From the IMG/VR virus record IMGVR_UViG_3300044796_000135, positions 1-62,730 of that record: a stretch of 62,730 bases of DNA; one strand, written 5' to 3'. The position numbers were made by a program, and so were the translations under genes. Shown piece by piece: positions 19,642 through 30,442 of this stretch (its first letter is position 1; each line of letters starts with the position of its first letter). Under the pieces are notes generated by a model. That model did no database searches and had not been told where the DNA came from. It saw only the letters and a list, made by a program, of their open reading frames with translations. This DNA comes from a virus (lineage: Duplodnaviria > Caudoviricetes).

Positions 19642-21205
19642 AATCCGCCACCTTCGCCGCACCCCGTAAGCCACCGGAGCAGCCCGCTGCTAAAGCCGCG
19701 CGCCCCAAGCCGCTGATGGGCCAAGTCCGGGAGCACCTAAACCAACGCCGCGATGTTCGCATCCTGGCTGACGGTGACGGTACGACTGGCCCGCGCATTG
19801 TTGGCGTCCAACTCAAACGCACCTGGCGCAAACAGATACACAACCCGAACTCCATGTCGCCGCACGAGCGCGAATACTGGGAATACTATGGACAGGCGTT
19901 CCTGATCGAGGAGGCGCTGCTGAACAAACACTTCGAACTGGACCCTGAGCAAGTGTTGCTGCAAGAGGACATGGGCGAAGTCGGCACGGTGGTTGTCATG
20001 GCGACGAAGTTTCAGGATGTGCTGGAAGCGATGGGGCGCGAGCCAGACGACGTGCAGGATTATTTGGATCGGGTAGAGAAATGACGCTTGTCCCGATTGA
20101 GGCGGATGAACTTGAGGCGCTTGTAATGGCGGCTGCGTTGGTTCGCGATATCCGCAATGTTGTCACGGCGCATAAAAGCGATGCGGCGATCCAGCGAACC
20201 GAACAGCGGGTTGCCGACGCAATGAACATTGCCATGCGGGCTGTGAATGAATCCCGACGCATCAAAGACCCAATGGAAGATGAACCCGCGACGAAGTTTG
20301 AAATTGATATCTTGAATCGGATTTCCAATGGCGAACACGAAGCGCTTAATCCTCTCATCGCCAATGATATGCGACGAAAGCGTCTCGTCGTCATGGGCCA
20401 TATGTTCGCAACGATTGAATGGGGCGATAAGACGAAAGAGGTTCAGCCAAGTGACCGCGTTCTTTGGAAATTGACTGAGAAGGGTGCATTGGCCTGTATC
20501 AGTTCTGGCGAGCAGAAGAAGATTGCATGACTATGGACAAACCCATCTCCGTCTCCCAGGAACAAATCTTCGCTGGCTGCCAAACGCTGAAAGCCTGTGG
20601 GGTGCTGCCGCCGAACTTCGACCACGTGCAGGTCATGATTGCGGTGTCGCGTGCGTATAACGCGATGCGGCGGTTGGAGCAGCCGAGTGTGCCGGAGAAG
20701 GAAGTCTTTGCGCCGGGTCGGGTGGTGATGAAATGACGATCCCGGCAACAATCACTGAGGCTATGATTGTCCACGCAGCCGACATAAGATTTCGTCGCAA
20801 CATGTTGGGACTGGCTGACATTCATCGGAAGATGCTCTTGAATACGGCAAAGCCCCACCCGCGATGGAAGACTACTTTAAAACAAGCGGCGGCACTTGCT
20901 GAAGATTGGACATTGGAACCGCGCGAATCTCGCGAAAGATTGATTGCTGAGGTGCGCCAAATCCTGGAGGATGTGTTTGCATGACCGTCCCCCTTTGCGC
21001 CGACTGCGCCCACTGCACCATCCCAGCAGCAAACCCAGTCACCAATCCATCACCGAATATAAACCATGGCCTTTGCTATGCCGTCGTGGACCCGTTCAGC
21101 GGCGCGCCGTTTGCGGTGAAGGTGGCGCGGTTGGATAAGCACCCGGAGATGGGTTGGGTGTTGCCGTGCCAATACGCGGGGAATTTGTTTAAGGCTAAGT
21201 CGTGA
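19638..21205 (+). other. five small hypothetical genes between terS and terL
   Basis: ORFs 19638-20084, 20081-20530, 20527-20736, 20733-20984, 20981-21205, joined by ATGA overlaps. Confidence 0.7.
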
Positions 21206-22741
21206 ATGGCTATCGCGCCTACTCCAGAACAGGCTGCATCTGAACTCCTGCGCCGCCGCCGCGCGCGGGAATCTCTCGCTGAATATATGTGGTACGTGAG
21301 CGGGAAAGAGCCGCCACGGCATATGCGATTTACGTGCGATGGTATCCATCGTGTGATGGAGCGAAAGATACCGCGCCTCACTGTGGCAGAGCCGCCTGGG
21401 CACGGAAAAACCACGGTCATATCTCATCACTTTCCCGCATACTATCTTTCCAAATTTCCAGATCACTGCATCATTGCGGTTACCCATACTCAAGACTTAG
21501 CCAAGTCGAACGGTCGGCGTGCGCGGAATATTCTGGCATCTGACGAACACAGAAATCTATTTCCAGACATTGCGGTATCAGATGACAGTGCGGCAGCGGA
21601 TTCATGGGAAACAAACAAAGGCGGAATTTACTTAGGATTTGGTGTCGGCGCGACAGTGGTCGGACGTAGGGCCGATGCGGTAATAATCGATGATGCATTG
21701 AAGGGAATGGAAGACGCGGACTCGCAGTTGGTTCGCGACAAATTATGGACGTGGTATGGCGCCGATCTTCTGACTCGTCTCAAGCCGAACGGCGTAATTA
21801 TCGTCGTGGCAACGCGTTATAATTTAGATGATTTGACAGGACGCTTACTTGCCGCATCGAAACAGCCGGGGGGTGAACATTGGTATCAACTCATTTTGCC
21901 AGCTCTCGCTGAAAAGAAAGACCCGCTTGGACGCAAAGAGGGAGATGCTTTGTGGCCAGAATGGATGGATAGAGATTCTCTCCAACGTATCAAAGCGCAG
22001 CCTGCCATGACCGCGCGCATGTGGAGCGCTCTTTATCAGCAGCGACCCGTTGTTGAGGGAGGCAACATTTTGAAACGCGACTGGTTTCGCATCTGGAACC
22101 AGCCGTCACCACCCCGCTGCGAATACATCCTACAGAGCTGGGACACCGCAACTAGTACCCGGGCAAAATCTGCTTATTCTGCGTGCATTACCCTCGGTGT
22201 ATTCCGCGAGGACAAAACCGATCTTCCATCAATCATATTGCTCTCTGCTTTCCGTAAACGCATGGCGTATCCTGACCTTCGCAAGATGGCGCAGCGTTTG
22301 TTCAACGACTACTTGGATACAAACTTCGACGCGCCACTAGGCAACGGCGCAGTTCGTCAGCCCGATGTCTTATTAGTCGAGGATCAAAGCAGCGGATCGA
22401 GTTTGATCCCGGACCTACGCAAAGCCGGAGTAATGGCGACCGCAGTTCGCCCTGCTGCGTACGGAAACAAAGATCAACGCATATTGCTGGCGTCTGATCT
22501 TTTGGAAAATGGCCGTTTCTGGGTTCCAGGACTGGCGCCATCTTTCACGATGCCGAAACGGTGGGCGGAAGAATTTATAATTTCATGCATCAGCTATCCT
22601 GCCAGCGATAGCCGCGATTGGGTCGATACACTTTCTCAAGGGATTCTCCGGATAAAGAAAACCGGACTCGTCCACAACACCGAGGACCCGGTTGTTGAGG
22701 AACAGTGGAAAGACTCCGGCCGCACCGGGGCCATTTACTAA
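21206..22741 (+). CDS. terL: terminase large subunit
   Basis: PPGHGKT Walker A, IIDD Walker B, ALYQQRP, QSWDTA, DWVD nuclease motifs. Confidence 0.95.
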   Translation: MAIAPTPEQAASELLRRRRARESLAEYMWYVSGKEPPRHMRFTCDGIHRVMERKIPRLTVAEPPGHGKTTVISHHFPAYYLSKFPDHCIIAVTHTQDLAKSNGRRARNILASDEHRNLFPDIAVSDDSAAADSWETNKGGIYLGFGVGATVVGRRADAVIIDDALKGMEDADSQLVRDKLWTWYGADLLTRLKPNGVIIVVATRYNLDDLTGRLLAASKQPGGEHWYQLILPALAEKKDPLGRKEGDALWPEWMDRDSLQRIKAQPAMTARMWSALYQQRPVVEGGNILKRDWFRIWNQPSPPRCEYILQSWDTATSTRAKSAYSACITLGVFREDKTDLPSIILLSAFRKRMAYPDLRKMAQRLFNDYLDTNFDAPLGNGAVRQPDVLLVEDQSSGSSLIPDLRKAGVMATAVRPAAYGNKDQRILLASDLLENGRFWVPGLAPSFTMPKRWAEEFIISCISYPASDSRDWVDTLSQGILRIKKTGLVHNTEDPVVEEQWKDSGRTGAIY

Positions 22742-22999
22742 AATGGAAATCCGGTGGGAATGCCCGCTCTGTCATGAGAATAAAATATGGGATGTTGGAT
22801 TACGGATTGGGTGCATCAAGGCCGATTGTCCCGGGGTGCCGCTTTACTCCACCGCTCACAAGCCGGGCCAGTTGGAGCAAGTTGTGGCGGGGCTGTTCAA
22901 GAGGCCCGTACCGGTTGCCGATCCCGAGTAGTCCGCAACTTCCTTGCCCTGTCCGCTAGGTGGTGGTAATAATCCCCCGTCCTACACCATGGGCGGTAA

Positions 23000-25447
23000 G
23001 TGTCGAACCTCAGTTCGCAAACTCTTGATTCAGTGCTCAACGGCGCTCCTCATCCATCAATGGACGAGGACCCATCTGACGTTGAGATTACCCCCGACGA
23101 GCAGCCCCAAGACGCCGCCGACATGGAGAAGGACGCGGACGGCAACATCGTCCTGGACCTGTCGCAGCCGGTTGAGGGCGACCCCACCGTCCACGACGCC
23201 AACCTTGCCGAACACATTGACGAGACAACGTTAAATACGATTGCGCAGCAGCTTATCGACGCTGTTGCCGAGGATAAGCGGTCCCGGGCGGAATGGGAAC
23301 AGGGCCTGACCACTGGCCTGGAATACCTGGGGCTCAAAACAGACCTCCGCACTTACCCCTTCGACGGTGCCAGCGGCGTATTCGACCCGCTCATGCTGGA
23401 AGCCGTGATCCGCGACTTAGCCAATTCATCGGGCGAACTTCTGCCGGCAGGCGGACCCGTCAAAACCCAGATCATCGGCATCCCGAATGCCGACACCGAA
23501 GCCCAAGCATCGCGGGTTAAGGAGTTCATGAACTTCTACCTGACCGAGGGTGCCCCCGAGTGGCAGGAACAGACCACCCAGATGCTGCTGTGGCGGGCAA
23601 TCGCTGGGTCGGTGTTCAAGAAAACCTACCAGGACCCGATCCTGAACCGCCCCGTTTCCCCATTCATCACGCCAGACAAGTTCATCGTTAGCTACTACGC
23701 CGATTCCGAGATGGAGACGTGCACCCGGGCGACTCACATCCTGGAAATGCCATACAAGTCCATCCGGCAACTGCAACTGAGCGGGTTTTACCGCGACATC
23801 GAACTTGGCGACCCCGATACGGCAAACTCGGGTACCAGCGATACCATCCGTCAGGCGATTGACAGCATTGTCGGTCTTTCCAAGTCACAGGGCAGCAACC
23901 TCAACGATGCGGACAAGCAATACCAACTCTTTGAATGCCACGTCGATTGGGACCTGGACGGCTTTGAGCACGAAATAGATGAGAAGCCTACTGGCCTCCC
24001 GCTGCCCTACATCATCACGATTGATACGGCCACGATGAAGGTGCTAGCCATCCGCCGCAACTGGCGCGATGGAGACGACGCATTCTCGAAGATTCAATAT
24101 TTCACCCACTTCCGCTTCATCCCTGGCCTCGGCTTCTACGGCATTGGTTACGCGCACATTCTCGGGAACCAGGCGCAGTCGGCAACGGGTCTGTTACGCC
24201 AGATGACGGACGCCGAGACGCTCTCGATGTTCCCGGGCGGCCTCCGGGTCAAGGGGATGCGGATTGACGACAACAATATCCTGATTGGCCCGTGTGAGTT
24301 CCGCGAGATTGATACGGGCGGCTTGCCGATCAATCAGGCTGTGGCCCCAATGCCCTATAAGGGCGCATCCGAGGTATCGTTTCAGCTCTGGACCACCATG
24401 CGGGAGAATGCGCGCGGACTAGGGTCTACTACGGAACTATCTGTTGGCGATGGCCGCCAAGACGCTCCGGTCGGCACTACGCTAGCGTTGCTTGAAGCCG
24501 CGAACAAGATCATGTCGTCAACGATAAAGACGGCACATCGCGCTTTCCGGCGTGAGTTCAAGATATTCCACGCGTTATTCGGCCAATATTTGCCGGAGAA
24601 GCCATATCCGTTCCCAGTCGCTGGCGGTGCCATGTCGATCATGAAAACGGACTTCTCATCGTCCATCAACGTTATCCCGGTTTCTGACCCCAATATCACG
24701 TCCTATGCCCAGCGCGTCACCCGCGCCGAAGCGATCATGCGCTTCATGCAACAGGACCAGAAAAACCTGTTCGATGGCTATCAGACATACCGCCAAGCAT
24801 TGATCGAGATGGGCGTGGACGAAGGCCGCATCAACGCTGTGTTGCCACCGCCGAAGCAGGCCGTACCGTCAGATCCGCTAAGCGAGAACGAAAACGCGCT
24901 GCAAGGCGTCCCGCTGAAGGCCGCTGAGTACCAGGACCACAAGGCTCATATTGCCGCGCACCAACCGCTGGCACAGTCCATTCCGGCCATGCAGGCGCAC
25001 GTCGCCGAACACATGGCCATGCAGATGCGCGTCAACGTGCAGAAACAGTTGGGCATCGAACTTCCGCCTGCTGGCACAAAGCTTCCGCCGCAGATCGAGA
25101 ACCATATTGCGATGCTGACGGCCAAGGCCATGACGGCGCTCAACCAGCCGCAGGGTGCGCAACCCACCGATGCCGAGATTGCTATGAAGCAGATTGAGGT
25201 TGAGGCGTCTAAGGTCCAAGCCGACATGGCGGAAACCGAGGCGAAGAAGCAAATCGCCGCATACAACGCCCACATGAAGTTCGTGGACGGCGAGAAAAAC
25301 CGCCAGAACCGAATCACCGTGGAACTGCTCAAAGGCCAGAACCAGCGTATGGCCGACCAACGTAAGAACGCGGCTGGGTTGGCCGCGAAACAGTTTGGCG
25401 GTGGGACTGCACGTCCGACCGCACCGACAACCAAAACCGTCCAATAG
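23000..25447 (+). CDS. portal protein
   Basis: 815 aa after terL; GPVKTQIIG, FIPGLGFYGIG, APVGTTLALLE, VSDPN motifs of podophage portals. Confidence 0.88.
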   Translation: MSNLSSQTLDSVLNGAPHPSMDEDPSDVEITPDEQPQDAADMEKDADGNIVLDLSQPVEGDPTVHDANLAEHIDETTLNTIAQQLIDAVAEDKRSRAEWEQGLTTGLEYLGLKTDLRTYPFDGASGVFDPLMLEAVIRDLANSSGELLPAGGPVKTQIIGIPNADTEAQASRVKEFMNFYLTEGAPEWQEQTTQMLLWRAIAGSVFKKTYQDPILNRPVSPFITPDKFIVSYYADSEMETCTRATHILEMPYKSIRQLQLSGFYRDIELGDPDTANSGTSDTIRQAIDSIVGLSKSQGSNLNDADKQYQLFECHVDWDLDGFEHEIDEKPTGLPLPYIITIDTATMKVLAIRRNWRDGDDAFSKIQYFTHFRFIPGLGFYGIGYAHILGNQAQSATGLLRQMTDAETLSMFPGGLRVKGMRIDDNNILIGPCEFREIDTGGLPINQAVAPMPYKGASEVSFQLWTTMRENARGLGSTTELSVGDGRQDAPVGTTLALLEAANKIMSSTIKTAHRAFRREFKIFHALFGQYLPEKPYPFPVAGGAMSIMKTDFSSSINVIPVSDPNITSYAQRVTRAEAIMRFMQQDQKNLFDGYQTYRQALIEMGVDEGRINAVLPPPKQAVPSDPLSENENALQGVPLKAAEYQDHKAHIAAHQPLAQSIPAMQAHVAEHMAMQMRVNVQKQLGIELPPAGTKLPPQIENHIAMLTAKAMTALNQPQGAQPTDAEIAMKQIEVEASKVQADMAETEAKKQIAAYNAHMKFVDGEKNRQNRITVELLKGQNQRMADQRKNAAGLAAKQFGGGTARPTAPTTKTVQ

Positions 25448-25456
25448 GAGGACGCC

Positions 25457-26254
25457 GTGGCAAAAAACGACAGTTACTCTAGCGGGTACGCAAACGCTCA
25501 GAAGCTGGCCAAAGACATCGGCTATGCTCACGGCGGCAAGCCAAAAGCCCCCGAAAAGTTGGCGGTTGGCGGCAAACTCCATGTCCGACTCCCCCATGCG
25601 CGCCTCAGTATGCATCCGAAGAAAACCGTCGTGCGCGGCGAAAAGGGCGGCATGAAATCGCTCATGGCAAGCCCGCTCGGTGCGATGGCTGGTCCCGGAC
25701 CTGGCGCAATGCCGGAAGCCGCATCCATGCCGATGCCCGCACAAGGCTCACCGATGGCAACGCCGCCCCCCACGCTTGGCGGTGGTGGGATGAAGAAGGG
25801 CGGCCATCCGCGCAACAAGACCGCGAAATATGCCAAGGGTGGTCCTGTGAAGAAAGAGGGCGATAACGCAGGCAAGCCTACGGGCACGCTGAAGAAAGGC
25901 CCGGCAGTTGGTGCCATCCCACTGGAATCCCACGGCAAGAAACGCGCCGTCGGCGTCCCCGGCGATCAGATCAATCCCGGCATGGACGGCAAAGAAAAAC
26001 TCCATGGCCACACTGGCAAAGACAACATTGCGATGGCCAAGGGTGGGGGCGTGAAGTCAGAGCGCCATGTCCACGTTCACCATCATCACTATAAAGCCGG
26101 CGGTGGCGTGAAGGGTTATGCGGCCGGCGGCGCTGGCAAGATCAACCACGGCGCCATGAGCGAAGATGGTTCTATATCAAAGCCGCATATTCCAAGCGCG
26201 AAAGAGCCAATTAAGGTTAGATCGCGGGGCAAGAATGCTATTCGCGGGGGCTAA
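25457..26254 (+). CDS. basic Gly/Lys-rich protein with repeated xAxGG motifs
   Basis: AGGAGG RBS; YAHGG, LAVGG, MKKGG, YAKGG, MAKGG, YKAGG, YAAGG. Confidence 0.75.
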   Translation: MAKNDSYSSGYANAQKLAKDIGYAHGGKPKAPEKLAVGGKLHVRLPHARLSMHPKKTVVRGEKGGMKSLMASPLGAMAGPGPGAMPEAASMPMPAQGSPMATPPPTLGGGGMKKGGHPRNKTAKYAKGGPVKKEGDNAGKPTGTLKKGPAVGAIPLESHGKKRAVGVPGDQINPGMDGKEKLHGHTGKDNIAMAKGGGVKSERHVHVHHHHYKAGGGVKGYAAGGAGKINHGAMSEDGSISKPHIPSAKEPIKVRSRGKNAIRGG

Positions 26255-26256
26255 CC

Positions 26257-26526
26257 ATGGCGCTCACCATGAGCCAAATCGACGCGATCCGGATGCAGGC
26301 AGTTATCGACTATCTCGGTACCTATCCGACATGGAAGGTAGCGGTCGAACCGCACCAGACGAAGGCCCACATCTTCCAGGATGGCCAAGAATGGCAGTTA
26401 GGGTTTTCGCACCAGAAGGCTAATCCCGGAACGTTTGAATACGAGAAACTTCTATCGGCTCTGAATAAATCCATGGCGCATTTTTTGGCGCTCCCGGTTG
26501 AAGAACGCAGAAAACACGCCGCATGA
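26257..26526 (+). CDS. hypothetical protein
   Basis: ORF in late operon. Confidence 0.6.
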   Translation: MALTMSQIDAIRMQAVIDYLGTYPTWKVAVEPHQTKAHIFQDGQEWQLGFSHQKANPGTFEYEKLLSALNKSMAHFLALPVEERRKHAA

Positions 26527-26536
26527 GCAATCAAGC

Positions 26537-26815
26537 ATGAGCCTCGACGCATTCCGCAAACTTATCTCCGAAGAACTGCAAAACCGCGCCGATGCCCGCG
26601 TATCGCAAGCTGTGAATGTGCGCGCTCGCCCAGCAACGAAGGATTTGCCAGCATCCTCGGTTGAGGAAATCGCGCTGGTGACCATTGAAAACCTTGCTGA
26701 AGCCCGCGCTTATGGCGAGGCAATCCGGGTGGTCACGGCGGCATATAAGAAGCTTACCGATCCTCAGCCGGAAGAAGCGGCTCAGACTCAACGCAAAATC
26801 GTAAAGGCGTACTAA
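26537..26815 (+). CDS. hypothetical head-cluster protein
   Basis: Short helical ORF coupled to the GroES-like gene. Confidence 0.65.
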   Translation: MSLDAFRKLISEELQNRADARVSQAVNVRARPATKDLPASSVEEIALVTIENLAEARAYGEAIRVVTAAYKKLTDPQPEEAAQTQRKIVKAY

Positions 26816-27336
26816 TGAACGAGATCAACCCCGAAGAACTTACCGCGATTGATTTGTCTGCGCTGCAAAGTACGGCTACTGCAAAGCCAATCAGCTTCAT
26901 TGAGTCGCACGAAGAAGCCGAAGTCCAAAAGATTATCGACCAACAGTTTGTCGAGATGTGCGGCAAGCGATATGCGGGCCGTCCGTGCGGCTACCATATC
27001 GTCCTCAAAATCTATGTGCGCCCCGAGGAACTGAAAACCGTCATGGGTGCGGACGGCAAAGAGGTTACGCTTTACCTGCCACCATCCGTCACCGCCGAAG
27101 ACAAATACCGCTCCGGCACGGGCCTCGTGGTTGCCATGGGTTCGCAGTGCTACGAGAAGCCGCGCTTCCCGGCGCCGTGGTGCAAGGTTGGCGATTGGGT
27201 GCGCATCTCACGCGGCAATCTCATCCGCACCACCTATCGCGGTGTGGCTCTGGCCCTGGTTGCCGATGACAACATCCTGGAAGTCATTGACGAGCCGTCC
27301 GACTGGATCGACGGACACCCCGATTACAAAACCTGA
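26815..27336 (+). CDS. GroES-like co-chaperonin
   Basis: PCGYHIVLK...LYLP...GLVVAMG..CY...PWCKVGDWV...LVADDNILEVI. Confidence 0.85.
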   Translation: MNEINPEELTAIDLSALQSTATAKPISFIESHEEAEVQKIIDQQFVEMCGKRYAGRPCGYHIVLKIYVRPEELKTVMGADGKEVTLYLPPSVTAEDKYRSGTGLVVAMGSQCYEKPRFPAPWCKVGDWVRISRGNLIRTTYRGVALALVADDNILEVIDEPSDWIDGHPDYKT

Positions 27337-27359
27337 TTTTACTACGCATGAGGTAGCCC

Positions 27360-28487
27360 ATGAGCGATACATCAATTCAACTTGATCCGGACATTCTTAC
27401 GCCGCCTCTCCCGCCAACCGAGCAAGAAGTGGAAGTCGGCCAAGACGACGGTTTGCCACCGGTAGAGATTGGCGAGGATGGCGGTGAACCGGAACCGGTT
27501 GTCGCCACCGAGCCTAAACCCAGAAAAACCTCGCGCCGTGATGCCCGCATTGAATCGGCCACCCACGCCGCCGCTGCCGCAACGCAGCGTGCTGAAGAAG
27601 CCGAACGCCGCGCGATTGCTGCCGAAGCGCGCGCCGTCGAGGCTGAAAAGCAGCGCGCAACGGCTGACGAAGCCACAATCAAGAACCACGAGGCGTGGCT
27701 GAAGTCTGAACGCGATAAGGCCCGCTCTGCCAAGGTCGCGGCCCGTCAAAGCCAAGACGTAACCGCCGAAATGCAGGCCGATGAACTGATCGCGGTCACG
27801 TCATCGCGGCTGGCTGACCTGGAAGCCCTGAAGGAATCGCAGAAAGCCGCCCCGGAACAGCCACGCCAGCAGCAACCGCAGCAGCAAGCCCCACAATTTG
27901 CACCGCTTTCCGAGCCGGTCCAAGAATGGATGGCCGAAAACTCGTGGTTCCACCCGTTCAAGATGGGCAACAACGGAACCCCCCTGATCGTCAATGGTAA
28001 GCCCGTCGCCAACCCTGATTTCGATGCTGAAATGCACGACGCCGCGATGCTGGTTCACAAAAAACTATCCCATGGCATCAAAGCCGGGCGCTATGATTTC
28101 AAAGTTGAATCGCCGGAATACTTTGAAGCCATCACCGACGAACTGAACGGCATCTTCGGCGATGAGCAGGATGAAGAACCCGTCGTTATCGAACAGCCCC
28201 AACCGCAACGGAGAATCCCCATGTCCACCACGCGGCAGCCTGTCGCACCGGCCACCCGTACCGGGGTTCCCGGCCAAGGCAACGGCACCAAGAATCCCAA
28301 CAAAGTCACCATCCCAGGCGAGCACGCAGCCGTCGCGTTGTCACTCCGGGACGCTGGCGTTTTGGCCTACCGATATCCTCAAGGCCATGCCAAGGCTGGC
28401 CAGAAGATGTCTGATCGCGACACGCTGCTCCGCTATAACCAGGACTTTCAGCGCGAAACCGAAAACGAAAAACAGAGGAGAGCCTAA
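27360..28487 (+). CDS. head scaffolding protein (putative)
   Basis: Acidic N-terminus, coiled coil, W..ENSWF, SPEYF; position between portal and capsid. Confidence 0.75.
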   Translation: MSDTSIQLDPDILTPPLPPTEQEVEVGQDDGLPPVEIGEDGGEPEPVVATEPKPRKTSRRDARIESATHAAAAATQRAEEAERRAIAAEARAVEAEKQRATADEATIKNHEAWLKSERDKARSAKVAARQSQDVTAEMQADELIAVTSSRLADLEALKESQKAAPEQPRQQQPQQQAPQFAPLSEPVQEWMAENSWFHPFKMGNNGTPLIVNGKPVANPDFDAEMHDAAMLVHKKLSHGIKAGRYDFKVESPEYFEAITDELNGIFGDEQDEEPVVIEQPQPQRRIPMSTTRQPVAPATRTGVPGQGNGTKNPNKVTIPGEHAAVALSLRDAGVLAYRYPQGHAKAGQKMSDRDTLLRYNQDFQRETENEKQRRA

Positions 28488-28490
28488 ATC

Positions 28491-29045
28491 ATGGCCCAAC
28501 GTGGACGCCCGCGTAAAATCCGCGACGAGGAATCGCCGCAGGACAGCCGCACCCCGCGCGTTGCCGCAACCCGCGCCCGCTCTGCCCGAGAAGTTGCCGC
28601 CGACTATCAGCGTTCGGCGCTGTATGTGCCCAAGGGCCGTTGGCCTCCTGGCATGACCCTGCGCTGGGTTGCGTTTGAGGTTGAGGGTGCCGTCAATAAC
28701 ATGAATTGGTCGAAGCGCATCCGTGACGGCTGGGTGCCATGCAAACGTGCGGATTACGGCGATTTGTTCCCGTCTCTGCCGATTCCTGGACATTCCGCAG
28801 CAAACGACGAATCCATTATTTTCGGCGGTCTGTGTCTCTGCCAGCGTCAAACTCGCGACGTGATCCGCGACCGCAAATACATCGAATCCGAAACGGCGGC
28901 GCAAATGAGTTCATTTAAGGACTACGTAGAGGAACGCGGCGTCGGTACGGCTCGTGTCCTGCAGAACGATACGGATGTAACGCTTGGCGGCGTGAACCGC
29001 GACAAATCTGCGGAGTTCAAGGAAGATTCCGTAGCGGAGGCTTAG
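28491..29045 (+). CDS. conserved head-cluster protein
   Basis: LRWV...KRIRDGWVP...GGLCLC pattern. Confidence 0.7.
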   Translation: MAQRGRPRKIRDEESPQDSRTPRVAATRARSAREVAADYQRSALYVPKGRWPPGMTLRWVAFEVEGAVNNMNWSKRIRDGWVPCKRADYGDLFPSLPIPGHSAANDESIIFGGLCLCQRQTRDVIRDRKYIESETAAQMSSFKDYVEERGVGTARVLQNDTDVTLGGVNRDKSAEFKEDSVAEA

Positions 29046-29462
29046 GTGACTTATCCAACAACGCCAGATGAACTGAGGGCTATGATTGATGCACGGTGGC
29101 CGGTGGTTCGCGAAAGCTATAATTCGCGTGAAAAATATGAAGATTATGGGAATGTTGAGTTAAGGCACCGCGTTCTCAGACCGTGCGGCTTTGAAGTCGA
29201 GGGTTTGAATTGTGACAAACATCCTCTGATATTCACTGAGGAACATGCAATTCGGGCGCTCTGGTTCCGCTATATGGAGTTAACGCCTCCGAGCGATTTT
29301 GAGGTTGATACAAAGCCAGTATTGTTTGTGTGGAGAGAGTTCCCAGAAACAAACTTAATGCACGGCATTTGGTCAGCGCGGATGCGATATAGCTGTCTTT
29401 GGCGTGATCGCTTCAACGAATTGACGCCACTGGAGAGGGTCGGAATGACGATTGCCGCATAA
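29046..29462 (+). CDS. hypothetical protein (AT-richer, moron-like)
   Basis: ORF with codon usage unlike its neighbours. Confidence 0.55.
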   Translation: MTYPTTPDELRAMIDARWPVVRESYNSREKYEDYGNVELRHRVLRPCGFEVEGLNCDKHPLIFTEEHAIRALWFRYMELTPPSDFEVDTKPVLFVWREFPETNLMHGIWSARMRYSCLWRDRFNELTPLERVGMTIAA

Positions 29463-29547
29463 GGCTTGACGAACCCTGGATTTGCGAGCATCCTTTCGTC
29501 CGTGGCATTCCCCGTGCCGCATCGATTGGTCCATCTTCCCGTCTCTG

Positions 29548-29585
29548 ATCCCGCCGCAGACCCCTGCGGCGGGATTTGCTTTTTC
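29548..29585 (+). terminator. intrinsic terminator
   Basis: ATCCCGCCGCAG/CTGCGGCGGGAT 12-bp stem followed by TTGCTTTTT. Confidence 0.75.
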
Positions 29586-29784
29586 CTCTTGCACGCAACG
29601 GAATTGTGTGACAACCATAAGCAGTCGCTACCTGTAGTATTCAGCGACACGCTCTCCGATGGTTGTTAACGTATCAACCAACCGGCTCCTTCCGGCGATC
29701 AGGGTCTACGTATCCCTGCCGTTCACCGCCCGGACACGCGGAACAACGACACACAGTCGCTTTGTTCAACGCAGGAGCTATCAC

Positions 29785-30429
29785 ATGACATATGGCGTCA
29801 ATCAGCCGCGCGGGTTCCAAGTCGCACGGTCCTCCATTAGCGCGCCCTGGAACGGGCAGACGACGGAGTACCCGATCACCGCGACGGACGCGAATACGAT
29901 CTTTACCGGCGACCCGGTAACGTTTTCCACACTCGGCACCGTGACCCGGGCCACCGCATCCAGCGCGTGGCTTGGCGTGTTCATGGGCACCAAGTATCAG
30001 ATCGCGAACAACATCTCGCAGATCAGCTTCCCGTTCTGGCCCGGCAATCCCGGTGTCATTGCCGGCACAACCCCGGTCGCCATGGTCATTGACGATCCCT
30101 GGCAGACCTACACCATCCAGGAAACGTCCAACACCGGCGCGTCGGGCACTCCGCTCACCCAGGGCGCTGTCGGCCTGAATGCGAACTTCCTGTTCACGGC
30201 GGGCAGCACGGTCACTGGCCTATCGGGCACGTCACTGGACAACACCACGACGGCCACCACGCTGGTTGGTTCCGTCAAAATCCTCGCGGTCGATCCAACC
30301 ATCGAACTCGGCGTTCCTGCGGTCACTCCGACCCTCAACGGCGGTCAAGGTACGGTCGGCGCTTTCGCAAACTGGCTAGTCCAGATGGACAACGGCGTGA
30401 TGCGCGCCGGCTCCATCCGGGCCGTGTAA
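29785..30429 (+). CDS. capsid decoration/cement-like protein
   Basis: PRGF...IFTGDPV...GVFMG...VIDDP; AGGAG RBS; directly upstream of the capsid gene. Confidence 0.75.
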   Translation: MTYGVNQPRGFQVARSSISAPWNGQTTEYPITATDANTIFTGDPVTFSTLGTVTRATASSAWLGVFMGTKYQIANNISQISFPFWPGNPGVIAGTTPVAMVIDDPWQTYTIQETSNTGASGTPLTQGAVGLNANFLFTAGSTVTGLSGTSLDNTTTATTLVGSVKILAVDPTIELGVPAVTPTLNGGQGTVGAFANWLVQMDNGVMRAGSIRAV

Positions 30430-30442
30430 GGAGCACAGAACA

